Positions 12,601-27,061 of a DNA stretch of 64,000 nucleotides are shown here, in pieces; position 1 is the stretch's first letter, and each line of letters starts with the position of its first letter. The notes under the pieces are model-generated. The model saw nothing but the letters and a program-made list of their open reading frames with translations. It searched no databases and was not told the DNA's origin. Origin of the DNA: Curvularia clavata (lineage: Eukaryota); contig CP089275.1 in the NCBI GenBank assembly GCA_023920165.1, positions 5,022,001 to 5,086,000 of the forward strand. The letters are read 5' to 3'. The position numbers and the translations under genes were made by a program.

Positions 12601-15600
12601 ACTGAAGTCTTCCCACGCGATCGAGAAAGCACGCACGCCGAACCTGTAATGTCAGGTCACAGTGACGCGCGAGCAAGTCGAGCAATGAATCGGTGAGGGT
12701 AACGGCGCCGGCATGTGCAAAAAAAACAATAACGGGGGCATGCGGGAGTCCGGTGCTGCCCCAACGGCTGGAATCTGGACAGTGCAAAAGCAAATCGCCC
12801 CAGCATCGAGATCAACCACCACCACCAAGCTCTCCACACAAAATTTTCATCCCGCTAACGGTTCACCAGCAGAAGCGAGCGCTGAACGTGGCATCGCTGA
12901 GTCCCTTGCCTAGCACCTCACGCACGGTCCGGTCCACCCAGCCATATTCGCCGTCTTATTTGGCGGCGATTAATATACTACAGCTATATCAGCAAGTCTA
13001 ATATGGTCAGCACTGAGGCATTATTGGCTGGGTGAGGGGTCACAAGGTGAGGTGAACGTGTGGGATTCACTCGCTACCAGAAGGGGACCGCAGCATGCTT
13101 TCCGGTGTGCAGTAATGTCTCGGCCATCCCGGTCCAGCTGTGTTTGCCCCCGAGATGATTTATCTCTCCCGTTGGATGATCTGTGGAGCTTGCGCGTTGT
13201 CCGGCATGGGTCTCTGCAGCTCGAGTGCCTGAAGACGCTGCTGCAGCACGACGGAGTGCATCCGGCCAGCCTAATGTGAGTGATGAGGTGCTGCTGTTGG
13301 CGAGTGGAAGCGGATGGTTCACATACACCCGGTAGGAGTTGAGTGCTGCATAGTTTGTCCAGTCATGCCAATTGACGTGGCAGTGTGTTGTACTCAGTTG
13401 CCGAGTGGTCTCCCACTGTCGGGAGGTGAATCAGTAACAGCCCCGGGCTCATTTGTCCCAGAAGCCGAACATCTCACGAGGAGTCGTCGTACAATCAACT
13501 TCAGCGGTCGTCTCATGTCATAGTATCAAGAAATCTCTGAACCTCTGGCAGATTGTATGACGGTTCACTACCGAGGTTAGGAGAATCCTACAGACAAGCG
13601 TAAGTTTCGTCCGTATCCTGGACCCGACTTGTGGCCAATGGAACTCTAGATTTTGCACGCGAACCTTCAAGAAATTGTACACATGTGATAGAGCCCAGAA
13701 CTGTAAGGATTGTACGATGATGTTGTGGCCACGGCCAAATTTCCAAAGACTCAATCTCCAAGCGAGATGAAGAACGTGTATCGTGTTTCCTTCTCCACAA
13801 ACCCTCAACTGACTTGATTGAAACTTTGAGGCAAGATTAGCGAGGATCTTGTGGGAAAGAACGGGCAAGTTACCCTGTCATATAGAGTCTGTGTTTCTAA
13901 GTTGTGCGACTCAGACGTTTCTCTGTGAACAATGAATTGGGCCTCATTCATGACTAGCAACTTGTTCAGACAGTGGCCCTTGCTGTTCCCATGTTAATGT
14001 ACACAGCCTCATGGATTACGAGTCCTATGTCATCGCCCAAACCATCCCTTAATATGACGGAATAGACCAAGGGCAAACTTTGAGCCAACGAAGTCATGTG
14101 ATGTATGTGAAGTGATTTGGTTACCATGCTGGTTGACATCACCAAAATTCTGGTAGCCTTTGCAAATTCCTCGTCCAAAAATCTACGCAGCTTTCTGATC
14201 AACAAGAATGTGATATCAATCTCGCGTAGGCACGTGATCTTACTTTACGTCTAATCTAAGACGGTTTCAAGTCGTGTGTAACAGGATGTCAACTACTTAC
14301 TATTCAACATCTGATACACATATTATACTCTGACCATATTTTTGTCTGCTATGTAAAATAATTAGACAAACAAAATTCATGGTATGTATGACTAAGTGCA
14401 ATTATTTCTTTCCCTCCATCAAGCAACCACTGACAGTGGAGACATTCCCTTCAACCCATCCGCCATAGTCAAGAAAAGTAACTTTTGAATATCTCCACAG
14501 CACCACATACACGCGGCAAACAACCCAAACATCAAACCTTCTTTTTCTACAATCAGCCTCCCGACACCCATGCAGACGCCGACACCGCCGTGCTCTTTCC
14601 CTCGGCTTTTGGTTCTATCTGACCAAACGATAGTCTCGGGACGACCATACCGGCATGCACAACACAGCGGCGTCTGACATCGATCCGGTCAGTCAGACAG
14701 CCAGCCACCAAACCGCGGCGCACCAACGCCCACCGCCGGAGTATTACTCGTACCCGTCCATCGCTTCGCCAGGAACCCTCCTTCCCGCTTCACAGTACTC
14801 CGAAACGGTATCACATGCAGGCGTGTATTTGATCAGCCGAAAGCTACTAGCGGCCGGTCACTTGCCTAGTGTTGCACCTGCAGCCATGATGTATGGGCGG
14901 AACGAGGCCGATGCGACTATCGTCTGATAAAAAAGATACTCACAAACTAGTAGGGTCCCTTTGTGATTTTCCAACGACAGGGGTTCAAGAAAAGGTTAGT
15001 CTAGTGCTCGCGAGGTATAGGCAGGTACCTAGTGGGTTGGGTGGGGATGACGTTTTCCCTGACTGCTAACGTCTCCAACTCGGACCGTGGTCTTTGGTCT
15101 CCAATTGGGCAGGCATTTGATTGCTAGTGTGGTAACTCTTTTTGGCCTTACTTTGCCGAAACAGTGATATCCGTCTAGTTACAGGTCGTCTCTCGAGAGA
15201 GAGCATGTAGGTAGGTGTATGCTGTCCTGCTTGCTTGCTTGCTGCACGTTTGGCCATCCACCTTTGTAATCTGTTGAGACGCCCCGTTTTCTGCACGACG
15301 ACCCTGCCTAAGCACACTCACCGTCATCCACACCGACCGTCCGACCGACTGCAGCTGAAGCAGCATTCCTCCCGGGTCGACTTCGGCATCGGGGAGGGCG
15401 CTGCGATACCTTCCTCCGACTTGCCCGCGTCATGTCCCCTCCCTCTCTCTCTTTCGGTCCCTCTCTGATACTTACCCCACATTACGGTCAATTTTGCTGC
15501 AGCCGCGGTCCCTCACATGTGCAGACTATCACTGTACATCCAATACGCCTAACTGCCGATTGAGCATATTGTATCCATAGCACTATCCGCTTTAGCTTAG

Positions 15601-18600
15601 TGCCCTAACGAATGACCAAAGTTCCCAATATCACTGCCCAGAGCAAGACTTGCCACTTCTACCCGTGTCAAGAGCGAGAGAGGAGAAAAAAATCCCTCCA
15701 TCTCCAAAAGTCAACGTCACCGCGTCTGAAACGAGACAGAAAAGCACTAACGCAGAAAGTCGTTGCGAGCCCAAGCCGGTACGGACTTCCTCCCTTCCCA
15801 ATGATGCCCAGCGCAAGCGAGGAGACATGGCCCCATGCCCTGATTGCCTTTCCCTTCCCGCATCCGCCATCGGGCGTATTACGTGCTTTCCCAAACAGGC
15901 GAGGTCCACAGACCAGTTTGGCCCTGCTTGCTCTTCAATCTTCCCTGTCGTCTTTTTCACTCTTTCCCGAGGTCAAGCGAGCGGCAAAAGACGTTAGTCG
16001 GTTGCTTCGCTAGTCGCACACCCCCCATAAAACTAGCGTACTTTAGCGGTGTGCCGGTGTGTGAAGGGGGGCAGGAAGCGAGGCGAGGGAGGGGAGGCAA
16101 AAAGTATGTCACGCTCATGGGGAAGCGGCTTAGCTAGCTTAACGGCAGGGGGACGGCCTGGCGGGAAGTTAGTCTGTATGTAGGTGCATGGTGCGTTGAG
16201 AGTCAGGCAGGTATTGGCGAGCAATCAGCACGGAATACGGCCCATGGTAATGGTAACATCGGAGTCTTTCATCATCTTCAGTGACAACATCAGCACATTC
16301 ACGTGCCAGCGTATCCATCTTGGCTCTGAACAACATCCAGGTTGCCCTGCTCTTTTTTGTTTTCTTTCTAACACTTCCCCCTGAAGAGTCATTTACCTAC
16401 TGCCGTCCGCTCTCGAGCGTATGGAGATATCGTAGCGTACGCGTGGTCAGCCTCACCTGAGCCATTTCGCCTTCCCTCCCGGGAAAGCTGCTCCGCCTCA
16501 TCGTCTTGTTAAGACAAGGTTTCGCGCTGTTGTGGACCATTGGCGAACGGCTTTGAAGAGTGGAGGCGAGTCGATCCTAAGGACCAGGGTCCAGTGTGTA
16601 TCCGGTAGGGATTGTACGCTTTGAGAACAGTTCAGTACCTGAGCGGACTCCGTTACTAGTTTGGCTGTGTCGAATGCGAAAGAGAAAAAGAGAAAAGACA
16701 AGAAAAAAACATGGACAACAACAATGTCTGGTTGGCTGACACGGAGTTGCCTCCGTATTCTTTTTATCCCTCCCCCTTGAAAGATTGGGTGTGATATCAC
16801 CTTCTTCCTTGTTTGTTGCTAGCATTTCTTTTGCTTTTTCCCTCTGATGAACTCCGCGTTGCCTCGGCGTTTTTTGTCATTTGGCATACCAAGAATCTGC
16901 CCGCCTATTGATTACCAACAGGGTAAACCGTTGAAAAAAGGAATCTGCTTCCCACCCCCCTCTTCCCTGTTTACCCCGGTCCATCGCGCCTTTACCATAT
17001 CCGAGCTCTTCAATAGTTCCAACGTCGGAGCCAGATTCCCTTCCCGCTAATATTGCTCCGACGCCGCAAACGAAAGACCCTTGTTGGGAGTTAACTGGCG
17101 AGCGACGCGAAGGTAATCAACGGCATCCTAGTAATCGCGCCTTCTTTTTTCGCCTCCCGCGCGCGCATCCTACCCTCGCTTGCGCGTCTGCTTCCGCTGC
17201 TACCCTCTTCTGCTCTGCTGCTCCCTACCCTTTGTCTTTGTTGTTGTGCAGCCGTTTGGCGCAAGAGTAGCGAGGCGTGTGGGTGTGAGGAGGACAAGTT
17301 TGAATACTACCCCGGGCGTTATAGACAGGGGTCAGGACCCGTCCGCAAACGGTTTAGTTAGGACAGGGTTCCTAGTATTGAAAGTTGAGATCGCGCTTGG
17401 GCGGGTAGCTAGTACATCGCGACTATTACGATAATGGGGAGGTTGGAGTGACATTGGATGGAGAGATGGTCACCAGGTACACGTGTGTGGGTTTATTTGC
17501 CCCGTCAGGTGGTTGATAGTGGGAAGTGTTGGAGTTTCATCAGACACGTGAATGTTTCCTGGACAACAGGGAATGGGTACTCGGACATGGAAGACCCCAC
17601 GTGCACCTCGTTGCAAGTAGAGTGACAGGTTGTCAGGATATGGGCTTCAAGTCATGGAGCGAACGCAAGTTGCTCAGATGGCCGTCATGTGCGATCGCCT
17701 CGGAATGACGGGTTCCCTTTGTATGACACAGAGACGAGGTAGGGCATGTGCAAATCATCCTAGGTCTGATGCGTATAATGGAATTTTCCCCTGTGCTCAC
17801 CTATGGCAAGCAGTTCCCCTTGCCGTCTAGGCCCTGGCGTGATCATGTTCATCAGGTTATGACAGTAAGGCTGCGGCTACGACTGTCTCAGATTGAACTC
17901 ATCGTACTGTTGCGCACGTCAAGATCTGAAACGATAGGATGAGACAGGCACGACCCTAGGCTTTCAGACACCACATGGCGTGGTTTGCTGTTCGGCTGTT
18001 GTGAACATGCTGATATCCAGTGAGCTTGATGCATTGTCGTGTAGCAAGTTCTGATATATGAGACTGCTGTGTGGGTATTTGAATATTTTAAGAAATCTTG
18101 AAGCAAGTCATTTGAGTGCCGAGACTGAATTCGTACTTGTATTTCTCAAGATACCCTAGTAGCATAAGGTTGGAAGTAGTACAAGGTCGTGCATAAACTC
18201 AGCAGCTACCCAACCCAAGAATGAACATAACAATGGGACGTGACAAATCTGTGATTGTGTGAAGAGGTCATGAGAAAGTAAGCTGTTGGCCCTAAGTGCC
18301 AAATCGAAGGTAAGACAATATTCTGCAAATACATGCAAACGTAAAAAAGAGGTGCGTGACATCGCACAGAAAAGTAAGAACAAGTGGTTATAGAAGGAAA
18401 GGTAAAGTATGGTACAGCAGAGTAAATGACACCGCTTGTGTAGTACAAAGGAAAGGATGGGGTAAAAAAAAGCCAATGATAACACGCGCCTTGCGATCCT
18501 TGCCTGGGTATCTTCCCTTCTCCTGCTCAGTTGTTGGCACGCCCTCAAACACCTAGTCTGTTCTGGCAAAAATTGTCTTCCTGGAACAGTGACAAGCGCC

Positions 18601-19044
18601 GGATGGTTGCCAACTCTTTTTTTGTGTGTCGCGCCATCAACTCAAATACCAGCCACCTCATGTAATGTTTCCCATCCTACCCAGTCTTACCAACGCCGCC
18701 GCAATGCTCGACTTGCTTGTACTGTCGCGCGTCGAAAGATGTACGTAGTCCCCTAAATATATGCGGAAAAGTTGTAGGGAGCGTATGAATCGAAGAAGAA
18801 AGGCATACCGTGGCCCAATCGTGGTACGTCGTGTAAAAAAGTTTACCAATTAAAGAAGAATGCATGTATGTCCGAAAGAAGTGTTGCAAATGCAGAAACC
18901 GATCACACAGGGGGGCGTTTGTGACCAGCACAAACCCTGTAACTATCCCTTCTCCTCATGAACCTTCCCCAGCCGTCGGATCCCTCACCGCGCACGGAGG
19001 GCTTCGACTTGGTCCGCTAAGCACTCGAGTTCGTAGTCGGCGAG

Positions 19045-19947
19045 TCAATGATATCTTGTGCTTGGTTCACTCGAGCCGGTTCCTAGTTGCGACGAGGCAT
19101 ACGTGCTTTGATGTTGAATTTGTGAATGTTCCCCTTCTTGGGCTTCTTGTTGGGCAAGTTCCACAGCCTGAAGTTCCTCGGCCTTGTCTCTGCATGCGTT
19201 TGGCGAAAAGCCGCTGCCGACTTTTGAGGAGATGATGCGCCAACGGTCGTTCTCGTACTCCTGCATGGCATTGCGAAGCTTGTCAACCTGTTTTGCTCAT
19301 TGTGGTTAGCATGTCCGAGGTTGTGTTTGCCGCGCACGACGTCGCGCGTTTCATCATGGCTAGGAGCAACGACTTACCATTTCAGAGGTCCAAACTGTGG
19401 TCTTTGCTTTGAGTTTGGTGCAGTAACGGACCTGCAGCGTACCAGAACTACGGCCTGGGAAGAAATCGGCAATTTGCTTCCAAGTGAGGTTCTTCTTTTC
19501 TTTGAGGTCGACGAGTAACTGGTCGTCTTCGGGGGTGAACTTGAGCTTTGGTCCGCGAGGTCGTTGGGCGGGTGCAGGCATTCCCTCTTGGCCGACGACG
19601 CTAGGAGGGCCGTGATGGTGAGATGGAGAGGGAGGCGCACCCTCCATGGTGTGTTGCCTTTTATTGCGATGAGTGCTGGGCAGATGATGATGGTGGGTTG
19701 GAGGTAGAGTAGAATGCGGGGCCGGTGGTGGTGGTGGTGGCGGCGGTGGATACTGTTGCATCGAGTAACTCTGAGTCTGGTGCTGCAGAGAGACGCTTCC
19801 AGCTGCTTGCGCGTAGGGATTGAGTTGCTGCTCTAAGCTTGGAGTGAGTTCGTGGGGAAGATCTTCCTGGTGACTGCGCTTGCGTCCGGCGGTCTGCTGG
19901 GGCGGCGGATAGCCCACACTGTAGGACGAGGGAGAGTGTTGCGACAT
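19045..19947 (-). CDS. Myb/SANT-like DNA-binding protein 1 (two repeats); intron 19377-19288
   Basis: KLKFTPEDDQLLVDLKEKKNLTWKQIADFFPGRSSGTLQVRYCTKLK, then VWTSEM|VDKLRNAMQEYENDRWRIISSKVG. Canonical GTAAGT...GCTAAC...CAG intron. The start ATG is a best guess. Confidence 0.88.
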
Positions 19948-21210
19948 TGACTGATGGCGCAAGAGATGGGGCTGGTGTAGTGAATGTGTGTCGATGTCTG
20001 TGTAGGCAGGGTGGGAGCCGGCGCCAGCATGTTGAAGCGTCTGAGACGGGTGTGGCTGCAGGAAGGAGTGGTGGTAACCCGGAGGCAGTCCGGCATGGGA
20101 ATGGAGAACATTGGAATGTTCGACGTTTGAGGTTGGAATATGGTGCTCTTCCCCGGCGTTGGCTGGTACGCTGTAGTCGAGGAAAGGGCCTCGATAGGGA
20201 CTCGCCAGTGTTGCGAATACTCATGGAGACTACCAGAGCTAGGATGCTCTGGCAGGCCGCCGCTATGAGACCTGAGCCAGAAAAAGGGAACAAGAGAAAA
20301 TGGAAGTGGTAAAAAAGAGCGCCTCGTTTGAGTCAAGGATCGGAGTTGCGATGTGTCGCACGTGTTTGGGTGTCTCTCCAATACTTCTATATTGACAAAT
20401 GTTGGAGCAAGAAGAGCTTGGGGGGCATCGGACAAAATGTTATCGCGGGTGTTAAGCTTTGGGGTAGCCGGCTATAGGTGGCAGGCTTCCTTGTAGGGGC
20501 AAACAGACGAATAGCAGTTTCTTGTTGGGGACAGTGGTGAAATTATAACATGTTTGCGCCTGAGGGCAGAAGGCATTAAGAATGTCGGGCAGAACGTCCC
20601 CCTCCAAAAACCCGGTCCGTCTTGTGCGATTGCCACACGGACTCAGACTCCAAGCATGTACAGCAATGGGTCCTCTCCACGAGACGCTCTGTTCCTGAGA
20701 AGGACCAAATGAGCTTAGTAGGGAAGGGCCCAGGAACTGATTCTACGTCAAGCATAATGCGGTGATCAATGACCGGGACTGGGGGGGCCTGGCACACGAT
20801 CTGGACGAGTGCAATGCTGCCTGGCTCGTGTCGTGAGTGGCTGCTGTTGCAAAATGAGGTGGGAATGAGGTACATTGCCCGGCCAGCGGGGGCCAGCGGG
20901 GCCCGGGGCGTGCGCGGTCCATGCCATGTCGTTTATTTCTAGAATGTCACAAGAAAGATCTCCAGCACCGTTGCAGCGTCTGCAGGAGGGATCCTGGCGC
21001 AGCGTGGTGGCCAGAGGATGTGCATTGAGGATACTCTGAACTGGCTAGCAAGGCAGCAGGGGCGCAAATGGGCAATTACCCAAAAGGGGAGCGCCACCAC
21101 CGAGCCATTGTATGCCAGATTGCTGAGAGCAGAGAGTCGAGCAGGCGCGCAGCCAGGAGCGCGGGAAGAGCGCTCGGAACCTGCTCGGGGGGCAAATGCG
21201 TGCCGGGGGG

Positions 21211-21235
21211 CAAAGCAAAGCAAAGCAAAGCAAAG
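21211..21235 (+). repeat. (CAAAG)5 microsatellite
   Basis: caaagcaaagcaaagcaaagcaaag read directly from the sequence. Confidence 0.9.
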
Positions 21236-23405
21236 CAGGAGAGGGTCGCAACCGTTGTGACATGGTGGTGGGTGACAGGAGGGGTCCTCTTCATGCCTGG
21301 AAGCACCTTGGCCGACGGCGGATACCGTTGAAGCATGACGGTGCTTTGCGAGAGATGCGAAGCTTGGATCCAGGCAAGATGGGTGTGCCTCTGCCGGCAT
21401 TCAAGCTGCCGTAGCACCCGCGTGTAAGCAGTGGGACCGAGCGATGGGCAAGGGCCCTTTGGTCATGGTTCTCTAACGCATAGGCATAGCCAGCCTCAGA
21501 TTGGCTCATGCATAAGCCGTTTCAAGGTATAACTTCAGACCCTGTCCTATATGCGCTTCGTCATCCCCATCAGATGGGACTTGAACCAGCCACAAGAATA
21601 CCCCGACGCCCGCGCCGGATGACGCATTTCGGACGCAGTGCCGAGCCAGCAAGGCATTGTGCAGAGGCGGACAGGTCGCGATCAAACGTAGGCGCGCGCT
21701 GGATGAGCATGAGCGGTGGTTCTTGGCACGTGGCTAGTATATACCTGAGACAGGAGCCGGCGCTGGTTAGGGTGGACTGCGGCGAGGCGTTGTGGGGGAG
21801 AGTTGAGGTGAGCGAGTGGTGAGTCGACGTCGGCTGCCATTGATTCGGACCTGGGCGCGCTAGCATCGGGAACGACAGCGACGGGCGACAGCACAGCGCA
21901 GCCAGGCAAAAAAGGCTTGGCGGTGCTCGCTACTCAGGCCGGCCGTGATCTGCCCGCCCCGAGGGCGCCCTCGCATACCATCTCATCTCTCGACCGCATG
22001 CATGAGATTGAGGGCGCGGATGGCGCTGATGGCGCATCGTGAGCGTTGCCTGACGGCTACGCTGCCTCCGGAGACGAACCTCATCCTTCGCCTCCCACCA
22101 ACCCAGCCCTCCTGCACGTGACGCTGCTGCGACAGGCTGCACACAACGCCCCCCTGGCCGCGTCTGGGACCTCCCTGCCTATGCAGCCCTCGCTATGACC
22201 TCACCGTTGACTTTCAGGCCTTGCACTCCATGGCCTGCCAATCTTCAAGTACTCGACCAGCGGCGCATTATCCATTTAGGCTGATGCGGGCCTTTGGGAA
22301 CTATAGGCTCGACCAGATGCACCATGGAGCCCACTTCACCCTCGCCCTCAGTCAACACCCTTCCCAATACGCGGCCCTCATGTCATCCAGCCTGTTTGGT
22401 GAGCGGAGCGCGTGCAGGGCGACGAGCCCAAGTGGATTGCGCCGCAAAGTGGGCGACTGAGTTGACTTGACCCCTCCCCCCCCCCCAGTCGCTCATACGA
22501 TTTTTGCCCTTTGGCCGACATGACCGTCTGCCGTTGCAGTGCCAGTTCCCAAAAGGAAGCACACTTGAAGCGTGCTGCGAGCGCACCCACTGCACACCCA
22601 CTCAAGTGGCTCGGTAGCGTAGCCGGGGAGTCGTTCGTTTGGTAACTATGCCGTTACACGTGGCCGTTGTTACCAAGATCATCCACACACCACCTCTCTC
22701 ATTGCACGATCAAATGGGCGATCTTCTTCGCCGCGCAGCTGGCTATTTGTAGCACACGTCTAGGTGGGCGCCCGAATGTCTGTCTACCAGCAAACGGTAT
22801 GAAGCGCGCCGATCGGCATGCAGCGACACGCACCAAGCCGGCAGCGCATTCAAAATGTGGCGACAGGTCGAAACACTTTTGTTGAACTGTTACCAGCTCG
22901 CAAAACCCGCGATTCGTTGACGTGAAACAAACACATGATGGATACTGGCCAATAAGCAGTGCAGTTCATGGCTTCTTTTCCAGCGCATTCCCCACGTTTG
23001 ACACGCCATATTGCCATGGGTATACCATTGGTACGTAAGGATAGCCGATAATACTAAGTCCAGGATAGGGACACCCCCTCGCAAGTCTGTCCCTTGCCGA
23101 GCCCTCATCCGAAAGAAGAGCGAAACAGAAAAGAGAGAGAGAGAAAAAACTTCCAATCAAACTGCCAATGTTACCCAAAACACCCAAGCATTGTGAAAAT
23201 CAATGGAAAAGAAAACCTCGTATACGCCGCTGCCGAGACACCATGTCCCAACTCATCGACCAGGACGAACGGGTACCAGCAGCCGCTCTGCGCACGCAGG
23301 GCTCGACTGAGATACAGTGAGAGAAAGCAGGAATTGCCACGGACCTGGCCCACCGTGCTAATTGTGGAAAGACGGGAGCAGTCATGATGATGGCTCATGG
23401 GCCGG

Positions 23406-24438
23406 TCAATACTTGCCACCAAAGTTTTCCTTTGCGTACTGCTCGCATGCCTGGTGCACCCGTCGTTAGCACAAGAGTTGATGCTGGTTGGTCTGCAAGC
23501 GGAAACCATGAAGACGTACTTTTGCAGGTTTGCCGACCTTCTGCCCAATGACTTTCCACTTGTTGGTGTCGTACTCCTTGATGGCGGCAAGCAGCGCGGC
23601 ACTCTTCTTACTTATCAGCATACGTGCACAAGAAAGTTAGGGCGAGCACAACTCACTTCGTCCTCTGCGAATTCTGCGTAGTGCATGTCCTGGACAAGTC
23701 AGCAAAGGGGCTGCGCAACGATCGAGTCCTGACCATGTTCCTACCTTGTACCAATGCTTCTTTACACTTCCCTCGGTTCGCTGCGGGAATGTCTGCGATT
23801 CTACGGGTCAGTCGATGCTTGGTCGAGGTAGACGGCGTCTGCGCCGACTGAAAGAGACGGAACAGCAACGCCTCGCGGCCGTGTACGGTACCTTTGCAAT
23901 CTCGCTCCAGCTGTTGCCAGCATCTCGCATCTGTTTCAATCGCAATTCCTCGGCGGGCGTCCAAGGCGTGTTGGTGCGACTCTTTTTGGGCTTGGGCTCC
24001 TGGGCAACATCTGGCTGAAGAGGCGGAGGCAATGCTGCAGTGCTTGCTTGTGGTTCTACGCTCTCTGTCGCACCCGGCATGGGTTCCTGCGACTGTCCGA
24101 GTGTCACAGACTTGCGCTTCCGACTTGTAGGAGAAGACTGTGGCTGCTGGGGGGCGGCGGCGTGGGTATCTGGGTTGGCGGTGGTCAACGAGGTGGCTGG
24201 TTGGAGACTGGGCAGCTCTGGAGGCCCAGTTGGACGGCCGGTGGGCTGCAGATTTGCGGCAGCAGCGACGGGCGAGGGCTTCAAGCTACGCTTGGTGGAG
24301 GGCGGGGAGCTGTCGGGGGCCACGACGTCAGCGTGGGCGGCAAAGGCACAAAAGACCAAGCCAGCAAGAGAAAAAAAAGATGGAAGTATTGCAAAGAACA
24401 AGATAAAAATGCAAGGCAGCTGGAGAGACTCACGACAT
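23406..24438 (-). CDS. Myb/SANT-like DNA-binding protein 2 (two repeats), multi-exon with a 5-nt first coding exon
   Basis: ATGTC|GTGAGT...GCTGAC...CAG (intron 24433-24310). Spliced exons give KSRTNTPWTPAEELRLKQMRDAGNSWSEIAK|TFP.RTEGSVKKHWYK|DMHYAEFAEDE|...AIKEYDTNKWKVIGQKVGKPAK|ACEQYAKENFGGKY*. Confidence 0.88.
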
Positions 24439-27061
24439 GGCGGCAGACGGGGCTCAGTGAGGGTTAGCCAGGCGAGCCGCGACACTTGACAGCTTTCACT
24501 GGTGAGAATGAGGCGTGTCTACAGAGAGCAGTGTCATGCCCGTATATTGCAGCTTCGAGACTGCGTTTCAAAGGGTACGACGGCCAGAGTAAAGGCAGCA
24601 GAGCATCATGACATCCAAGCAGGGCGGTCGCTTGCAGGAGCGAGCGCTGATCAAGTACAAGGGATACAAAGAGGGTCAGGTTGGCAGCAGACGGGCGAAT
24701 GAGAAGCGGGCAGAGGCAACATGGTGGAGGACGAGAGAGACGCTGTGAGGTTGAGGGGCCGGGTGCTAGCGGGGATTGGCGGCGGGCGAGGGCGAGGCTA
24801 GGTACTCGTACATGTGAGAGAGTGAAGTCATCATGGAGGATGGGGTACAGATACGCGGGGACGCGGTGCATACAAGAAGCGGGGTAACAGGCTCTAGGGC
24901 CAGGCTTAGATGAACAGGTGGCTGGCTTCAAGGTTACGGCAACAGCAGGATGGGTGCTGAGAGGGCAGCGGGGGAGAGAGAGTGGGCAGCGCGTGACAGT
25001 GGTTTATGCATCTCCGACTTGATGCGAATGGCGCACTGCGGCTGGCCTGGATTGGGTGTTGCGACAGACGGGGGCGGGAGCGGGCGGCTGTGGTGGACCT
25101 GCGAGTAGAGAGAGAGCCAGAGACGGAGACGATGTGGTCATATTGTGCTGGCTGCAGGTGGGTGGGAGTGACCCAGGCCGTGGTCACGCCCAAGTCACTC
25201 AGCACCACCACTACAACACGGCGACAACAAGCAAAACAGCGAAGCGCGGTAGACGAACGACGTTGGCTAGCACGGTGCGGGGGTAGCGTGCAGGGGCCAG
25301 CCGCTGCTCCTTCCCATGGGCTCCGGCTGCTGCTGCCACTGCTGCCACTGCTGCTCGCTCGCGCCTTCCAGCCCTCATCGGTAGTCAACAACACAACAGG
25401 AAGTCGCCATGGGGCCACCGCGAGCGTCGCACAAACCCAACGACAGCCCAAGTTTACATCTCTTTCTCTCTTGTCCCTTTTCCTCTCACATACGCACACT
25501 CATACTCACCCACAGTCTCTCTATCTCTTTCTCTCTCACAACATCCCCATCTTCTTGACGCAATCCACAGCAACCCTCAATCTGACCATCCGTCCTCTCC
25601 AACCTGTAGGTATATATATATGTATATATTGTGCTGCTGTTTAGCCCATAGTGTGCGCGCGCAGCCGCCATCCCTGTCTTCTCCACACAGGCCACTGCAC
25701 TGCACAGGTGGCTTGCAACCTGTACCAAACGGCCCTTTCCTTTTTCTTTTTTTTCTTTTGCACACACAGACACAGACACAGCTGGGCGATGCGGGGAATT
25801 AAAGGCTGACTCGGACCTGCTGATGCCGGCGCTGCCTGTCGCCATTGTTGCTGTCGTCAGGCCACAACCAGACTTGTCAAAGGCTGGCTCCGCTCGCATG
25901 CCAGCCAAGCGTCTTCTCGAGCCGCCCTGACGCAGCGCCAGTATCACTCCAAGCCACACATGTTTGAGCGAACCGCTCTGCCACAACCCCGCTACTGACC
26001 GCCAGTAGCTCTACTGCACCTACGCCAAGCGCCTCCGCCTGAATGCGTGCCTGATTTGTCCATGGCTCCAGGCGGAACGCTGGCGATCCGAACATGATCG
26101 TTTCGCCTGTCTCACCCAGCGTCGTCATCCGTGCCTTTGCATGTTGCGCGTTCTCCCCCACCCTCTACATGTTCGGTCTCTGCTGTCAGAGCATCGTGTT
26201 CGAGAAAAATGGCGAAACCATAACCGCAGCCTGCCAGAAGGCTGCTGCCCCATGACTCTGCTCACCACTACCAACCCAGACATGCTGATGCACAGTCCTC
26301 GACGCGCCCTGTCACCGCACCCTCTGGGTTAGCCCCCGCCGTCAAGCCCGCACTGGGCGCTGCTTGTTTCCTGCGTGCCAAACAACGTCAAACCGTTGGC
26401 TCCTTCAAAACTGCATCAAGTCCGACGCGCGCGGTTTTGAAACTCGCCCCGTGGATACCGATGAGGCTCTGGTCTTTATGCGTCCCACGTCGGATCTCCA
26501 GGGCCCCAGGCATCAACATTGAATGCGACTACAAGTCCGTTCCCCTTCCGGCTTAACATGTCTCGTGTCTGGGTTCTTCCAAACATTCTGGCCACGAACG
26601 CCCGTCATGCCCCATACCGCCGATCAAGAATCGCGTAGCAGAAGCGACGGTTTGAAAACGTTGCCAATGTCAGAGATTGCCACTGGCAATCAGCCCGGTC
26701 ACTGGTTTCTCTACTGTCCCGTTTCTTGCCCTGTGCCCCCAAACTCTATAATTGCTCCGCTGCCCCAAGTTTCGAGGCCTCAACCGCATCTGTTCAATCG
26801 GCATCAGTCTTTTGTTTTCTTAGCAGCCTTGTAATACTCTCTTTTACGTTCCCACTGGTTTGGGCTGCCCTACATTCACTTAATCCACATTGCTGTGCAA
26901 TTACTTGTCCTTACCGGAAAACAACACAACATAATACCTTCTTTTTTTCAGAGCTAGACTCGATCACCACGAACAGACAGTCTTATTCGGACACGAATCA
27001 ACGACAAACATCTCGAACACACAAACACACCAGCTTTACAACTCCCAACATCGTCTCCACC

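Noticed and set aside
22200..22670. Local group of CCGTTR (Myb-type) sites between the Myb genes
   Set aside because: Overall frequency across the region looks close to chance expectation, and the specificity of these proteins is unknown.
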